A stretch of DNA of 64,000 bases from Faecousia sp. (GTDB lineage: Bacteria > Bacillota > Clostridia > Oscillospirales > Oscillospiraceae), in assembly GCA_045120675.1 (NCBI GenBank), contig JBGVFB010000042.1, positions 5,493-69,492 of the forward strand, read 5' to 3'. Position 1 is the stretch's first letter, and every line of letters begins with the position of its first letter. Both the position numbers and the translations under genes were made by a program. The notes beneath the pieces are model-generated. The model did no database searches. It was given only the letters and a program-made list of their open reading frames with translations, and had not been told where the DNA came from. Positions 19,241-27,651 of the stretch are shown here, in pieces.

Positions 19241-20401
19241 ATGGGTGTTAATATTCTGGTCGCCCATGGCGGCGGCCCCACCGCTGTTATCAATACTTCC
19301 CTGCAGGGCGTTGTGGAAGGCGCCCGCCAGAGCGGCAAGGTCGATAAGATCTACGCAGCCCGTTTCGGCGCAGAAGGCATCCTGAAAGGCGACCTCATCG
19401 ACCTGACCGATGTTCCTTCCTCCACCATCGCAAAGCTGGCACATACCCCCGCTTCCGCCATCGGCTCCTGCCGCCGGAAGCTGACCGATGCCGACTATCC
19501 CACCGTTATCGAGACCCTGAAGAAGTTCGAGATCGACTGCTTCTTCTACAACGGCGGCAACGACTCCATGGACACCTGCAACAAGGTCAGTAAGCTGGCT
19601 CAGGCAGAGGGTCTGGATGTCAAGGTCATCGGCATCCCCAAGACCATGGACAACGATCTGGACATTACCGATAACTGCCCCGGCTTCGGCTCCGCCGCAA
19701 GATATGCCGCAGAAGCCTCCTGCGAACTGGCTCTGGACGCTTCCGGCCTGCCCATCCACGTGGTGGTTCTGGAACTGATGGGCCGTAACGCAGGCTGGGT
19801 TACCGCCGCTTCCGCTCTGGCAGCGCGGGCTACCAATTGCGAAGTGCTGACTTACCTGCCCGAGTTAAAAGTTGACGAGGACAAGATGCTCGCTGACATC
19901 GAGAAGGCTTGGGCAAAGGGCAAGGGCCTGCTGGTCACCGTTTCCGAAGGCATCTGCGATCTCACCGGCAAGCCTCTGGCCTCCACTGGCATCGTGGACG
20001 GCTTCGGCCACATGATCCCCGGTGGCACCGCACAGCATGTTACCGATAACATCATTCAGAAGCTGAATATCAAGTCCCGCGCCGAAAAGCCCGGTCTGCT
20101 GGGCCGCGCAGCCATCCCCTACGCATCCCGTGTGGACCAGCTGGAAGCCTATGCCGTCGGTAAGTATGCCGTCGAAGCAGCGCTGAAGGGTGAAAGCGAC
20201 TACATGGTGGCCATCGAAGGTCACCGCGGCGAGGAATTCACCTTCGACCTGTTCCTGGCTCCTCTGGCTGAGGTTGCAAACGTCGAAAAGAAGTTCCCCC
20301 TGGAGTGGATCATTGACGGCAACAAGATCGATGACCGCTTCTTCGACTACGCAATGCCCCTGATGATGGATAAGGCCCCCGATTACGCAATCCTGCGGTA
20401 A
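19241..20401 (+). CDS. PfkA-family phosphofructokinase, probably PPi-dependent
   Basis: GGGPTAVIN, GGNDS (Asp at the G104-equivalent position), PKTMDND, MGR, SEG. Confidence 0.88.
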   Translation: MGVNILVAHGGGPTAVINTSLQGVVEGARQSGKVDKIYAARFGAEGILKGDLIDLTDVPSSTIAKLAHTPASAIGSCRRKLTDADYPTVIETLKKFEIDCFFYNGGNDSMDTCNKVSKLAQAEGLDVKVIGIPKTMDNDLDITDNCPGFGSAARYAAEASCELALDASGLPIHVVVLELMGRNAGWVTAASALAARATNCEVLTYLPELKVDEDKMLADIEKAWAKGKGLLVTVSEGICDLTGKPLASTGIVDGFGHMIPGGTAQHVTDNIIQKLNIKSRAEKPGLLGRAAIPYASRVDQLEAYAVGKYAVEAALKGESDYMVAIEGHRGEEFTFDLFLAPLAEVANVEKKFPLEWIIDGNKIDDRFFDYAMPLMMDKAPDYAILR

Positions 20402-20412
20402 GGAGAAATACT

Positions 20413-21249
20413 ATGAAGCACATTTTTCTGAATCTGAAGCGCTTTGACGTGCCTGTAGCTCTGGGCGGTGTCAATCGCATTGCGCCCCTGAACGAGTGGG
20501 GCGGCTACATCGTCAAGAATACCCAGGAGGCCCTGAAGAAGTATGATCCTTCCGAAGTGGATTTTGTCATGTACTTCCCTGAGGCACACCTGATGAATGC
20601 CGTGGCAGCCCGTTGTGAGAACAGCCCCGTGCAGGTCGGCTGCCAGAGCGTGTACCGCATGAATACCGCCGTGGGCGGCAACTTCGGTGCCTTCACCACC
20701 AACCGTCCCGTGTCCATCATGAAGGCCATGGATGTGAACTACACCATCATCGGCCACTGCGAAGAGCGCAATGACAAGATGGGCATTCTGGCAGAAGCCG
20801 GTGTCGTGGATACCAAGGCTGTCAACAGACTGCTGAATCAGGAAATCAAGCTGGCAGTCGAAAACGGCATGAAGGTGCTGTACTGCATCGGCGAGAAGGA
20901 TACCGAGCTGGACCGCTGGGACGAAGTCCTGCGCGAGCAGCTGGAAATCGGTCTTGAGGGTGTCGACAAGTCTCAGGTGGTCATCGGCTACGAGCCCATC
21001 TGGTCCATCGGACCCGGCAAGACCCCTGCCGGCAAGGAGTACATCACCAAGATTGCCCGCTTCGTCAAGGAAGTCACCGGTGGCATCGACGTGGTTTACG
21101 GCGGCGGCCTGAAGGTTGACAATGCCGAGATGCTCTCTTCCATCGAAGAGATCGACGGCGGCCTGATTGCACTGACCCGCTTCCAGGGTGAGATCGGCTT
21201 CTATCCCGATGAGTACATCGAAATCATCCGCACCTACATGGGCAAGTAA
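20413..21249 (+). CDS. Divergent triosephosphate isomerase homologue
   Basis: NLK, GHCEER, YEPIWSIGPGK, YGGG; loop-8 GGAS replaced by ALTR. Confidence 0.85.
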   Translation: MKHIFLNLKRFDVPVALGGVNRIAPLNEWGGYIVKNTQEALKKYDPSEVDFVMYFPEAHLMNAVAARCENSPVQVGCQSVYRMNTAVGGNFGAFTTNRPVSIMKAMDVNYTIIGHCEERNDKMGILAEAGVVDTKAVNRLLNQEIKLAVENGMKVLYCIGEKDTELDRWDEVLREQLEIGLEGVDKSQVVIGYEPIWSIGPGKTPAGKEYITKIARFVKEVTGGIDVVYGGGLKVDNAEMLSSIEEIDGGLIALTRFQGEIGFYPDEYIEIIRTYMGK

Positions 21250-21260
21250 GGAGTAGAAAT

Positions 21261-22721
21261 ATGAAACTTGATTTTGAATATGGCCATGGTCTGATGTCCG
21301 CAGAACTGCCGGACAATACCGACGTTTTTATCCCCGGTGTAACCGTACCCGATCCCGAGTGCCTGCCCCAGGACTGGGACAGCCTGTACGCTGCAACGCT
21401 GGAATCCATCCGTAACCCCATCGGCATGCAGCCCCTGCGTGAGCTGGCTGCACCCGGCAAGACCGTCGTCTTCGTCATTCCCGACATCGTCAAGGGCGGC
21501 TGCCAGCCCACCTCTCACCGTAAGGTCTCCATCCGTGCATGTCTGGATGAGCTGTATGCCGGCGGTGTTGAGAAGAAGGACATCCTGCTGATGATCTCCA
21601 ACGGCCTGCACCCCCGTGCAACCGTGCCGGAAATGAAGCAGATTCTGGGCGAAGAGCTGTTCAATGAGTTCTACTGGTCCGGCCAGATCGACAGCCACGA
21701 CTCCGAGGACCCCGACCACATGGTCGACCTGGGCACCACCGACCGCGGCGACCCCGTTCTGATGAACAAGTATGTCTTCGACTGCGACATTCCCATTCTG
21801 ATCGGCCATACCCAGGGCAACCCCTACGGCGGTTACTCCGGCGGCTACAAGCACTGCACCACCGGTATCACCCACTGGAGATCCATCGCTTCCCACCATG
21901 TTCCCAAGGTCATGCACCGCGACGACTTCACTCCCGTATCCGGCCACAGCCTGATGCGTACCAAGTTCGACGAGATCGGCATGCACATGGAAAAGCACAT
22001 GGGCCATCCCTTCTTCTGCTGTGACGCAGTTCTGGACTCCAAGTCCCGCCAGATCGCCATCTTCTCCGGCTACGGCAAGTACATGCAGCCCGAGAGCTGG
22101 AAGGTCGCCAACAAGCGTACCTACGTTCCCTTCGCAGAAGAGAAGTACGATGTGATGATCTTCGGCATGCCCCAGAACTTCCACTACGGCAACGGCATGG
22201 GCACCAACCCCATCCAGATGATGCAGGCACTGTCCGCACAGGTGATTCGTCATAAGAGAGTTATGAAGGAAAACTGTGTCATCATCTGCCCCTCCATCTG
22301 CAACGGCTACTTCCACGACGAACTGTGGCCCTACCTGCGCGAGGTCTACACCATGTTCCAGCATGACTACATGCAGATCCTGCCCGACATGGACCGCTAC
22401 GGCGAGTACTTCGCAACCAATGCAGAGTATGTCCGCAAGTATCGTTTCTGCAACGCATTCCATCCCTTCCACGGTTTCTCCATGATGAGCTGCGGCCACA
22501 TTGCTGAGATGAACACCGCTGCCATCTACATTGTCGGCGCACAGGAGCCCGGTATTGCCCGCGGCATGGGCCTGAAGACCCGCGCAACCATCGAAGAGGC
22601 ACTGGAAGATGCCAAGAAGAAGTTTGTCGGTCCCAACCCCAAGATTCTGGCACTGCCTCTGGCATTCAAGACCGGCGCAGTCCACCTGTGCATGAAGGAC
22701 GACGATCTGTCCAACGTGTAA
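21261..22721 (+). CDS. LarA-family (nickel-pincer nucleotide-dependent) enzyme
   Basis: SIRNPIG, IPDIVK, SNGLHP, HDS, GGYSGGYK, ASHH; larBCE nearby. Confidence 0.85.
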   Translation: MKLDFEYGHGLMSAELPDNTDVFIPGVTVPDPECLPQDWDSLYAATLESIRNPIGMQPLRELAAPGKTVVFVIPDIVKGGCQPTSHRKVSIRACLDELYAGGVEKKDILLMISNGLHPRATVPEMKQILGEELFNEFYWSGQIDSHDSEDPDHMVDLGTTDRGDPVLMNKYVFDCDIPILIGHTQGNPYGGYSGGYKHCTTGITHWRSIASHHVPKVMHRDDFTPVSGHSLMRTKFDEIGMHMEKHMGHPFFCCDAVLDSKSRQIAIFSGYGKYMQPESWKVANKRTYVPFAEEKYDVMIFGMPQNFHYGNGMGTNPIQMMQALSAQVIRHKRVMKENCVIICPSICNGYFHDELWPYLREVYTMFQHDYMQILPDMDRYGEYFATNAEYVRKYRFCNAFHPFHGFSMMSCGHIAEMNTAAIYIVGAQEPGIARGMGLKTRATIEEALEDAKKKFVGPNPKILALPLAFKTGAVHLCMKDDDLSNV

Positions 22722-22783
22722 AAAACGTACCTAACCGGATCATCCGGTAAAATAAAAAAGGTAGAATTTAAGGAGGAAACACA

Positions 22784-23851
22784 ATGAAAAAGCTGATTGC
22801 TATGCTGCTGGCTCTGGTCCTGGTTCTGGGCCTGGCTGCCTGCGGCGCATCCGAACCCGCTCCCGCACCCGAAGCTCCCAAGGCTGAGACTCCCGCTACC
22901 GAGGCTCCTGTTGTCGAGACCCCCGCTGAGCCCGAAGCTCCCGCTGTCGAGCCCGTTACCCTGAATGTTGCTTACATGGCAAACTGGGGTTCCCTGTGGG
23001 CTGTTGCTACTGCTGATGCAAAGGGCTACTTTGCAGAAGAGGGCATCACCATTGCAATGACTCAGTTCGAAGACGGCCCCTCCGAGATCGCTGCTATGAA
23101 GCAGGGCTCCATGGACGTCGCATTCATCGGACCCGGCGCTCACAAGCTGTGCTCCAAGGGTGAAGCTCAGGTCTTCCTGATGCAGCACATGGGCGATGGC
23201 GACTGCATCCTGGGCCTGAACGGCCTGAAGACTCTGGAAGAGCTGAAGGGCAAGAAGGTCGGCTATGCTGCCGGTACCTCTTCCGAGAACATCCTGACCA
23301 CCGCTCTGGCTTCCGTTGGCCTGACCATGGAAGACATCGAGGCTGTTTCCATGGACGCTACTGCTCTGACCACCGCTGCTCTGTCCGGCCAGGTTGATGC
23401 TGTTGCTGCATGGTCCCCCATGTCCCTGACCATCCTGGTGATGGGCACCGACGTTACCGACATCTGCTCCAACGTCGACTTCCCCACCATGGCTTCCCCC
23501 GGTTCCTGGGTTGTCAACCCCGAGTGGGCTGCTAACAACACTGACGTGATCGTCCGCTTCAACCGCGCTATGTTCAAGGCTATGGACTTCGCTTCCGCTG
23601 CTACCACTGACGACGCTGTCGCTCAGGAAGTTGCTGAGTACGTTGCAAAGATCACCGGTCTGGATGCTGAGACCACCATCGCACAGCGTTACGACGGTTC
23701 CTGGCTGAACAGCACTCAGGTTCTGGAGATGATCGAGTCCGGCAAGCTGGTCGAGTACTACAACAACCAGCAGGTCAACTTCGGCGATGCTGCAGGTCCT
23801 CTGAAGGCTGACGAGTTCGTTCTGGTCGACCTGATGGTCAACGCTAAGTAA
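22784..23851 (+). CDS. ABC transporter substrate-binding lipoprotein, SsuA/TauA/NMT1 family
   Basis: Lipobox LAAC, Pro/Ala/Glu linker, KGYFAEEG, FEDGP, LKGKKVG, GQVDAVAAWSP. Confidence 0.88.
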   Translation: MKKLIAMLLALVLVLGLAACGASEPAPAPEAPKAETPATEAPVVETPAEPEAPAVEPVTLNVAYMANWGSLWAVATADAKGYFAEEGITIAMTQFEDGPSEIAAMKQGSMDVAFIGPGAHKLCSKGEAQVFLMQHMGDGDCILGLNGLKTLEELKGKKVGYAAGTSSENILTTALASVGLTMEDIEAVSMDATALTTAALSGQVDAVAAWSPMSLTILVMGTDVTDICSNVDFPTMASPGSWVVNPEWAANNTDVIVRFNRAMFKAMDFASAATTDDAVAQEVAEYVAKITGLDAETTIAQRYDGSWLNSTQVLEMIESGKLVEYYNNQQVNFGDAAGPLKADEFVLVDLMVNAK

Positions 23852-23993
23852 TTTAGCAATACGTAAGGATAACGGGAGGCGGCAACGCCGCCTCCCACAC
23901 ACCACGGGCAATCGCGAAAAGCGGTTTGCCTCTATCGGAGATTATAAACTGCTTTTCGAGGTTGCCTGTTGCAACCGTTAAGGAGGTTCATTT

Positions 23994-24785
23994 GTGAACA
24001 AAAAGAAGAACGTCGATATTATCGGCAAAATTCCCAAGTGGGCATGGCTGTGCCTGTCCCTGCTTTCTGCCGTGGTGCTGTGGTATGTCCTGTCCAACAA
24101 TCCCACCACCGCGCTGAGCTTCCCCCCTCTGAAAGATGTTTTCGCATCCTACCACACCATGGCTGTGGAGCGTGCGAAGTTCTGGCCTGACGTTCTGGCA
24201 TCCATGCGCAGCGTCGGCATCGGCTTCCTGCTGGGCTTCGTGTTCGGTGTGCCTGTCGCATTCCTGATGGCCTGGTACCGTCCTGTGCGCTTCATTCTGG
24301 AGCCCTGGATTCAGTTCGTTCGTAACATTCCCCCTCTGGCCTACGTTCCTCTGGTCGTTCTGGCCGCAGGTGTCGGCGCAAAGGCTCAGATCGTGGTTAT
24401 CTGCATTGCTACTTTCCTGACCATTACCGTCACCGTTTTCCAGGGTGTTATCAACGTGGATGAGACCCTGATCAAGGCAGCCCGTGTTCTGGGTGCCAAT
24501 GATACCGTCCTGTTCGTTCAGGTCATTTTCCCCGCAACCACTCCCTTTATCATCACTGCTGTCCGTCTGGGTATCTCTGTTGCACTGACTACCCTGATCG
24601 CTGCAGAATCCACCGGTGCAATCGCCGGTCTGGGTATGCGTATTAAGGCACTGTCTCAGGTGTTCGATAATGCTGAAATGATGTTCTACATCATCGTGGT
24701 CGGCGTCATCGGCATGGTGGCTGAGAAGATTCTGAAATTCTTTGAAAGGAGACTGACCTCATGGCAGGAGAAGAGAGAAATCTGA
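23994..24785 (+). CDS. ABC permease, SsuC/TauC type
   Basis: RNIPPLAYVP, LIKAARVLGA EAA loop, LIAAE. Confidence 0.9.
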   Translation: MNKKKNVDIIGKIPKWAWLCLSLLSAVVLWYVLSNNPTTALSFPPLKDVFASYHTMAVERAKFWPDVLASMRSVGIGFLLGFVFGVPVAFLMAWYRPVRFILEPWIQFVRNIPPLAYVPLVVLAAGVGAKAQIVVICIATFLTITVTVFQGVINVDETLIKAARVLGANDTVLFVQVIFPATTPFIITAVRLGISVALTTLIAAESTGAIAGLGMRIKALSQVFDNAEMMFYIIVVGVIGMVAEKILKFFERRLTSWQEKREI

Positions 24786-25561
24786 TTCCCAAGGTTCAGA
24801 TCAAGAACGTCAGAAAGGTCTATGAGGGCCGCAACGGCCAGACCATCGCTCTGAACGGTGCAAATCTGGATATCTATGACAACGAGTTTATCTGTGTGGT
24901 CGGTCCTTCCGGCTGCGGTAAGTCCACTCTGCTGAACATCATCGCAGGTCTGCACGAAGCAACCTCCGGCGATGTTCTGGTTGACGGTGTGAAGGTGGAA
25001 GGCACCGGTGTTGACCGTGGTGTCGTCTTCCAGCAGTACGCCCTGTTCCCCTGGCTGACTGTCAAGAAGAACGTCCTCTTCGGTCTGAACCTGAAGAAGG
25101 GCATGACCGATGCTGAGCGTGAAGAGACTGCCATGAAGTACATCAAGATGGTGGGCCTCGAGAAGTTTGTGGATGCTTATCCCAAGGAACTGTCCGGCGG
25201 TATGAAGCAGCGCGTGGCCATCGCCCGTGCCTACGCTGTCAATCCCAGCCTGCTGCTGATGGATGAGCCCTTCGGCGCTCTGGACGCACAGACCCGTACC
25301 CAGCTGCAGACTGAGCTGCTGAAGACCTGGGAAGAAGAGAAGAAGACCTGCTTCTTCATCACCCACGATGTGGAAGAAGCAATTCTGCTGTCCTCCCGCG
25401 TGGTGGTCATGTCCGCCCGTCCCGGCCGTATCAAGGAAGTTATTGACATTGACATTCCCTATCCCAGAAACCAGGAGACCAAGATGCTTCCCCGCTTCAC
25501 CGAGCTGAAGAACTACATCTGGAATATGGTCTACAAGGAGTATCTGGAAGTTCAGAAATAA
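24761..25561 (+). CDS. ABC ATP-binding protein, SsuB/TauB type
   Basis: GPSGCGKS, VFQQYALFPW, LSGGMKQR, MDEPFGALD, ITHDVEEA, SARPG. Confidence 0.95.
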   Translation: MAGEERNLIPKVQIKNVRKVYEGRNGQTIALNGANLDIYDNEFICVVGPSGCGKSTLLNIIAGLHEATSGDVLVDGVKVEGTGVDRGVVFQQYALFPWLTVKKNVLFGLNLKKGMTDAEREETAMKYIKMVGLEKFVDAYPKELSGGMKQRVAIARAYAVNPSLLLMDEPFGALDAQTRTQLQTELLKTWEEEKKTCFFITHDVEEAILLSSRVVVMSARPGRIKEVIDIDIPYPRNQETKMLPRFTELKNYIWNMVYKEYLEVQK

Positions 25562-25628
25562 CACGTACTGTAAAGGGGATGCTTCTGCATCCCCTTTCTG
25601 TGCATCTCAATATCAGGAGGTATGCGTC

Positions 25629-26450
25629 ATGCATCACGAATATTACTACTATAACAAAGAGCAGCTGCTTGCAAATCCCAAGATCCCCATGGTTGTCATG
25701 GAGGACAAGCCCGCCGTGTTCCAGACCATCGCCCGTGAAATGGCTGATTTCATCAAGGAGAAGAACGCAAAGGGTGAGACCACCGTCTTCATCTGCCCCG
25801 TTGGCCCCATCGGCCAGTATCCCTACTTCGTGGACATCGTCAACAGCGAGAACATCAACCTGAACAACTGCTGGTTCATCAACATGGACGAGTATCTGGA
25901 CGACAACAAGCAGTGGATCGACATCAACCATCCTCTGAGCTTCCGCGGCTTCATGGAGCGCACTGTCTACTCCAAGATCAAGGAAGAACTGAATGTTCCC
26001 GTCGATCATCGCGTGTTCCCCGATCCCAACAATGTGGAATATATCCCCAATCTGATCGAAAGATTAGGCGGTGTCGACATCTGCTTCGGCGGCATCGGCA
26101 TCAACGGCCATCTGGCCTTCAACGAGGCTGACGGCAGCCTGACCTGCGACGAGTTCAAGGCTCTGAAGACCCGCGTCCTGCCCATCTCCCCCGAGACCCG
26201 CGCTGCCAATGCCATTGGTGACTTCGGCGGCCGTCTGGAGGATATGCCTGTCTGGTGTGTCACCATCGGCTTCAACGAGATCTACAACTCCCGCAAGATC
26301 CGTCTGGGCATCTTCCGTGACTGGCACCGTGCTGTTGCCCGTCGCTGCGGCTACGGCGAGATGACTGCAGAATTCCCCGTATCCATGGTGGCAGAGCATC
26401 CCGATGCCCTGATCCGCATGACCGAGTTTGTTGCAAATCTGGAGGATTGA
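25629..26450 (+). CDS. Glucosamine-6-phosphate deaminase (NagB)-like protein
   Basis: NMDEY, GGIGINGHLAFNE, TRAAN; phosphate loop replaced by CPVGPIG. Confidence 0.85.
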   Translation: MHHEYYYYNKEQLLANPKIPMVVMEDKPAVFQTIAREMADFIKEKNAKGETTVFICPVGPIGQYPYFVDIVNSENINLNNCWFINMDEYLDDNKQWIDINHPLSFRGFMERTVYSKIKEELNVPVDHRVFPDPNNVEYIPNLIERLGGVDICFGGIGINGHLAFNEADGSLTCDEFKALKTRVLPISPETRAANAIGDFGGRLEDMPVWCVTIGFNEIYNSRKIRLGIFRDWHRAVARRCGYGEMTAEFPVSMVAEHPDALIRMTEFVANLED

Positions 26451-26453
26451 GCT

Positions 26454-27599
26454 ATGGCAAAGACCTATCTGGTAAACGGCCGCGTTTATATCGGCCGTGC
26501 ATTTGAGGACAAGACGCTGGTTCTGGAAAACGGCAAGCTGACCGTGCTGGAGGCAGGCTGCGATACCTCCGACGGCACTGTCTTTGATGCTTGTGGCCTG
26601 AAGGTCGTTCCCGGCTTCATCGATACCCATACCCACGGTGCTGTGGGCGTGGATGTCAACGGCGCTACCGCAGAAGATCTGGAGAAGATCTCCTGCTTCA
26701 TGGCCACCAAGGGTACTACCGCATGGCAGTGCTCCGTTCTGACCGATACGCAGGAGCAGACCGAATGGTGCATCGAGCAGTTCACGCTCCACGAGAAGAT
26801 GGAGCAGAACGGCGCCGATCTGGTGGGTATCCATCTGGAAGGCCCGTTCCTTGCCAAGGAATACAAGGGTGCCATGCCCGAGCATCTGCTGAAGAAGAAT
26901 GACATTCCTCTGGTCCGTCATTATCAGGAACTGGCCGGCGGCAAGATCAACTACATCACCATCTCTCCCGAGCTGGACGGTGTGCAGGAGATGATCCCCA
27001 CTCTGAAGGAACTGGGCATCGTGGTTGGCATAGGCCACTCCGGTGCTACCTACGATCAGGCCATGAGCGCCATTGCACAGGGCGCTACCGTCGGCACCCA
27101 TGTGGGCAATGCTATGCGCCTGTTCCATCAGCATGAGCCCGCAATCTTCGGTGCCATTATGGAAACCGACACCTACTGCGAGACCATCTGCGACGGCCGC
27201 CATCTGGTTCCCGGCTCTGTGCGCATGTATGCCAAGTGCAAGGGTCTGGATCGCATTGTTGCCATCACCGACTCCATCATGGCAGCCGGCCTGCCCGACG
27301 GCAATTACCATCTGGGTGTCAACGACGTGGTGGTTATCGACGGCGATGCAAAGCTGGCAAGCAACGGTACCCGCGCCGGTTCTACCCTGACCCAGGATGT
27401 GGCCCTGAAGAATATGCTGAAGTGGCTGCCCAATACCCTGGAGGAAATCCTGCCCACCCTCAGCGAGAATCCTGCCAAGGAAATGAACCTGTGGGATCGC
27501 AAGGGCTCCATCGAGACCGGCAAGGATGCAGATCTGGTTCTGCTGGACGAGGAAGCAAACGTGGTTCACGTCTTCGCCCGCGGCAAGCAGGTTAAGTAA
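26454..27599 (+). CDS. nagA: N-acetylhexosamine-6-phosphate deacetylase family protein
   Basis: PGFIDTHTHG, HLEGPF, GHS, THVGNAM, CDGRH, ITDS, AGS, NPA. Confidence 0.9.
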   Translation: MAKTYLVNGRVYIGRAFEDKTLVLENGKLTVLEAGCDTSDGTVFDACGLKVVPGFIDTHTHGAVGVDVNGATAEDLEKISCFMATKGTTAWQCSVLTDTQEQTEWCIEQFTLHEKMEQNGADLVGIHLEGPFLAKEYKGAMPEHLLKKNDIPLVRHYQELAGGKINYITISPELDGVQEMIPTLKELGIVVGIGHSGATYDQAMSAIAQGATVGTHVGNAMRLFHQHEPAIFGAIMETDTYCETICDGRHLVPGSVRMYAKCKGLDRIVAITDSIMAAGLPDGNYHLGVNDVVVIDGDAKLASNGTRAGSTLTQDVALKNMLKWLPNTLEEILPTLSENPAKEMNLWDRKGSIETGKDADLVLLDEEANVVHVFARGKQVK

Positions 27600-27612
27600 A
27601 TTCCATAAATTT

Positions 27613-27642
27613 TGCCCCGACTCTTTTGAGTCGGGGCATTTT
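27613..27642. terminator. Terminator between convergent operons
   Basis: TGCCCCGACTC-TTTT-GAGTCGGGGCA-TTTT. Confidence 0.75.
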
Positions 27643-27651
27643 GTATGCAGT

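Noticed and set aside
23874-23968. Two strong hairpins after the binding-protein gene
   Set aside because: Ordinary stabilising or partial-termination stem-loops that set ABC subunit stoichiometry; no riboswitch motif recognised.
18064-27599. Reading the operon as ordinary GlcNAc catabolism/glycolysis or as canonical sulfoquinovose sulfoglycolysis
   Set aside because: Phosphate ligands are altered and no sugar kinase or PTS is present. There is also no sulfoquinovosidase, sulfolactaldehyde reductase/dehydrogenase or TauE, and NagA implies an N-acyl sugar.
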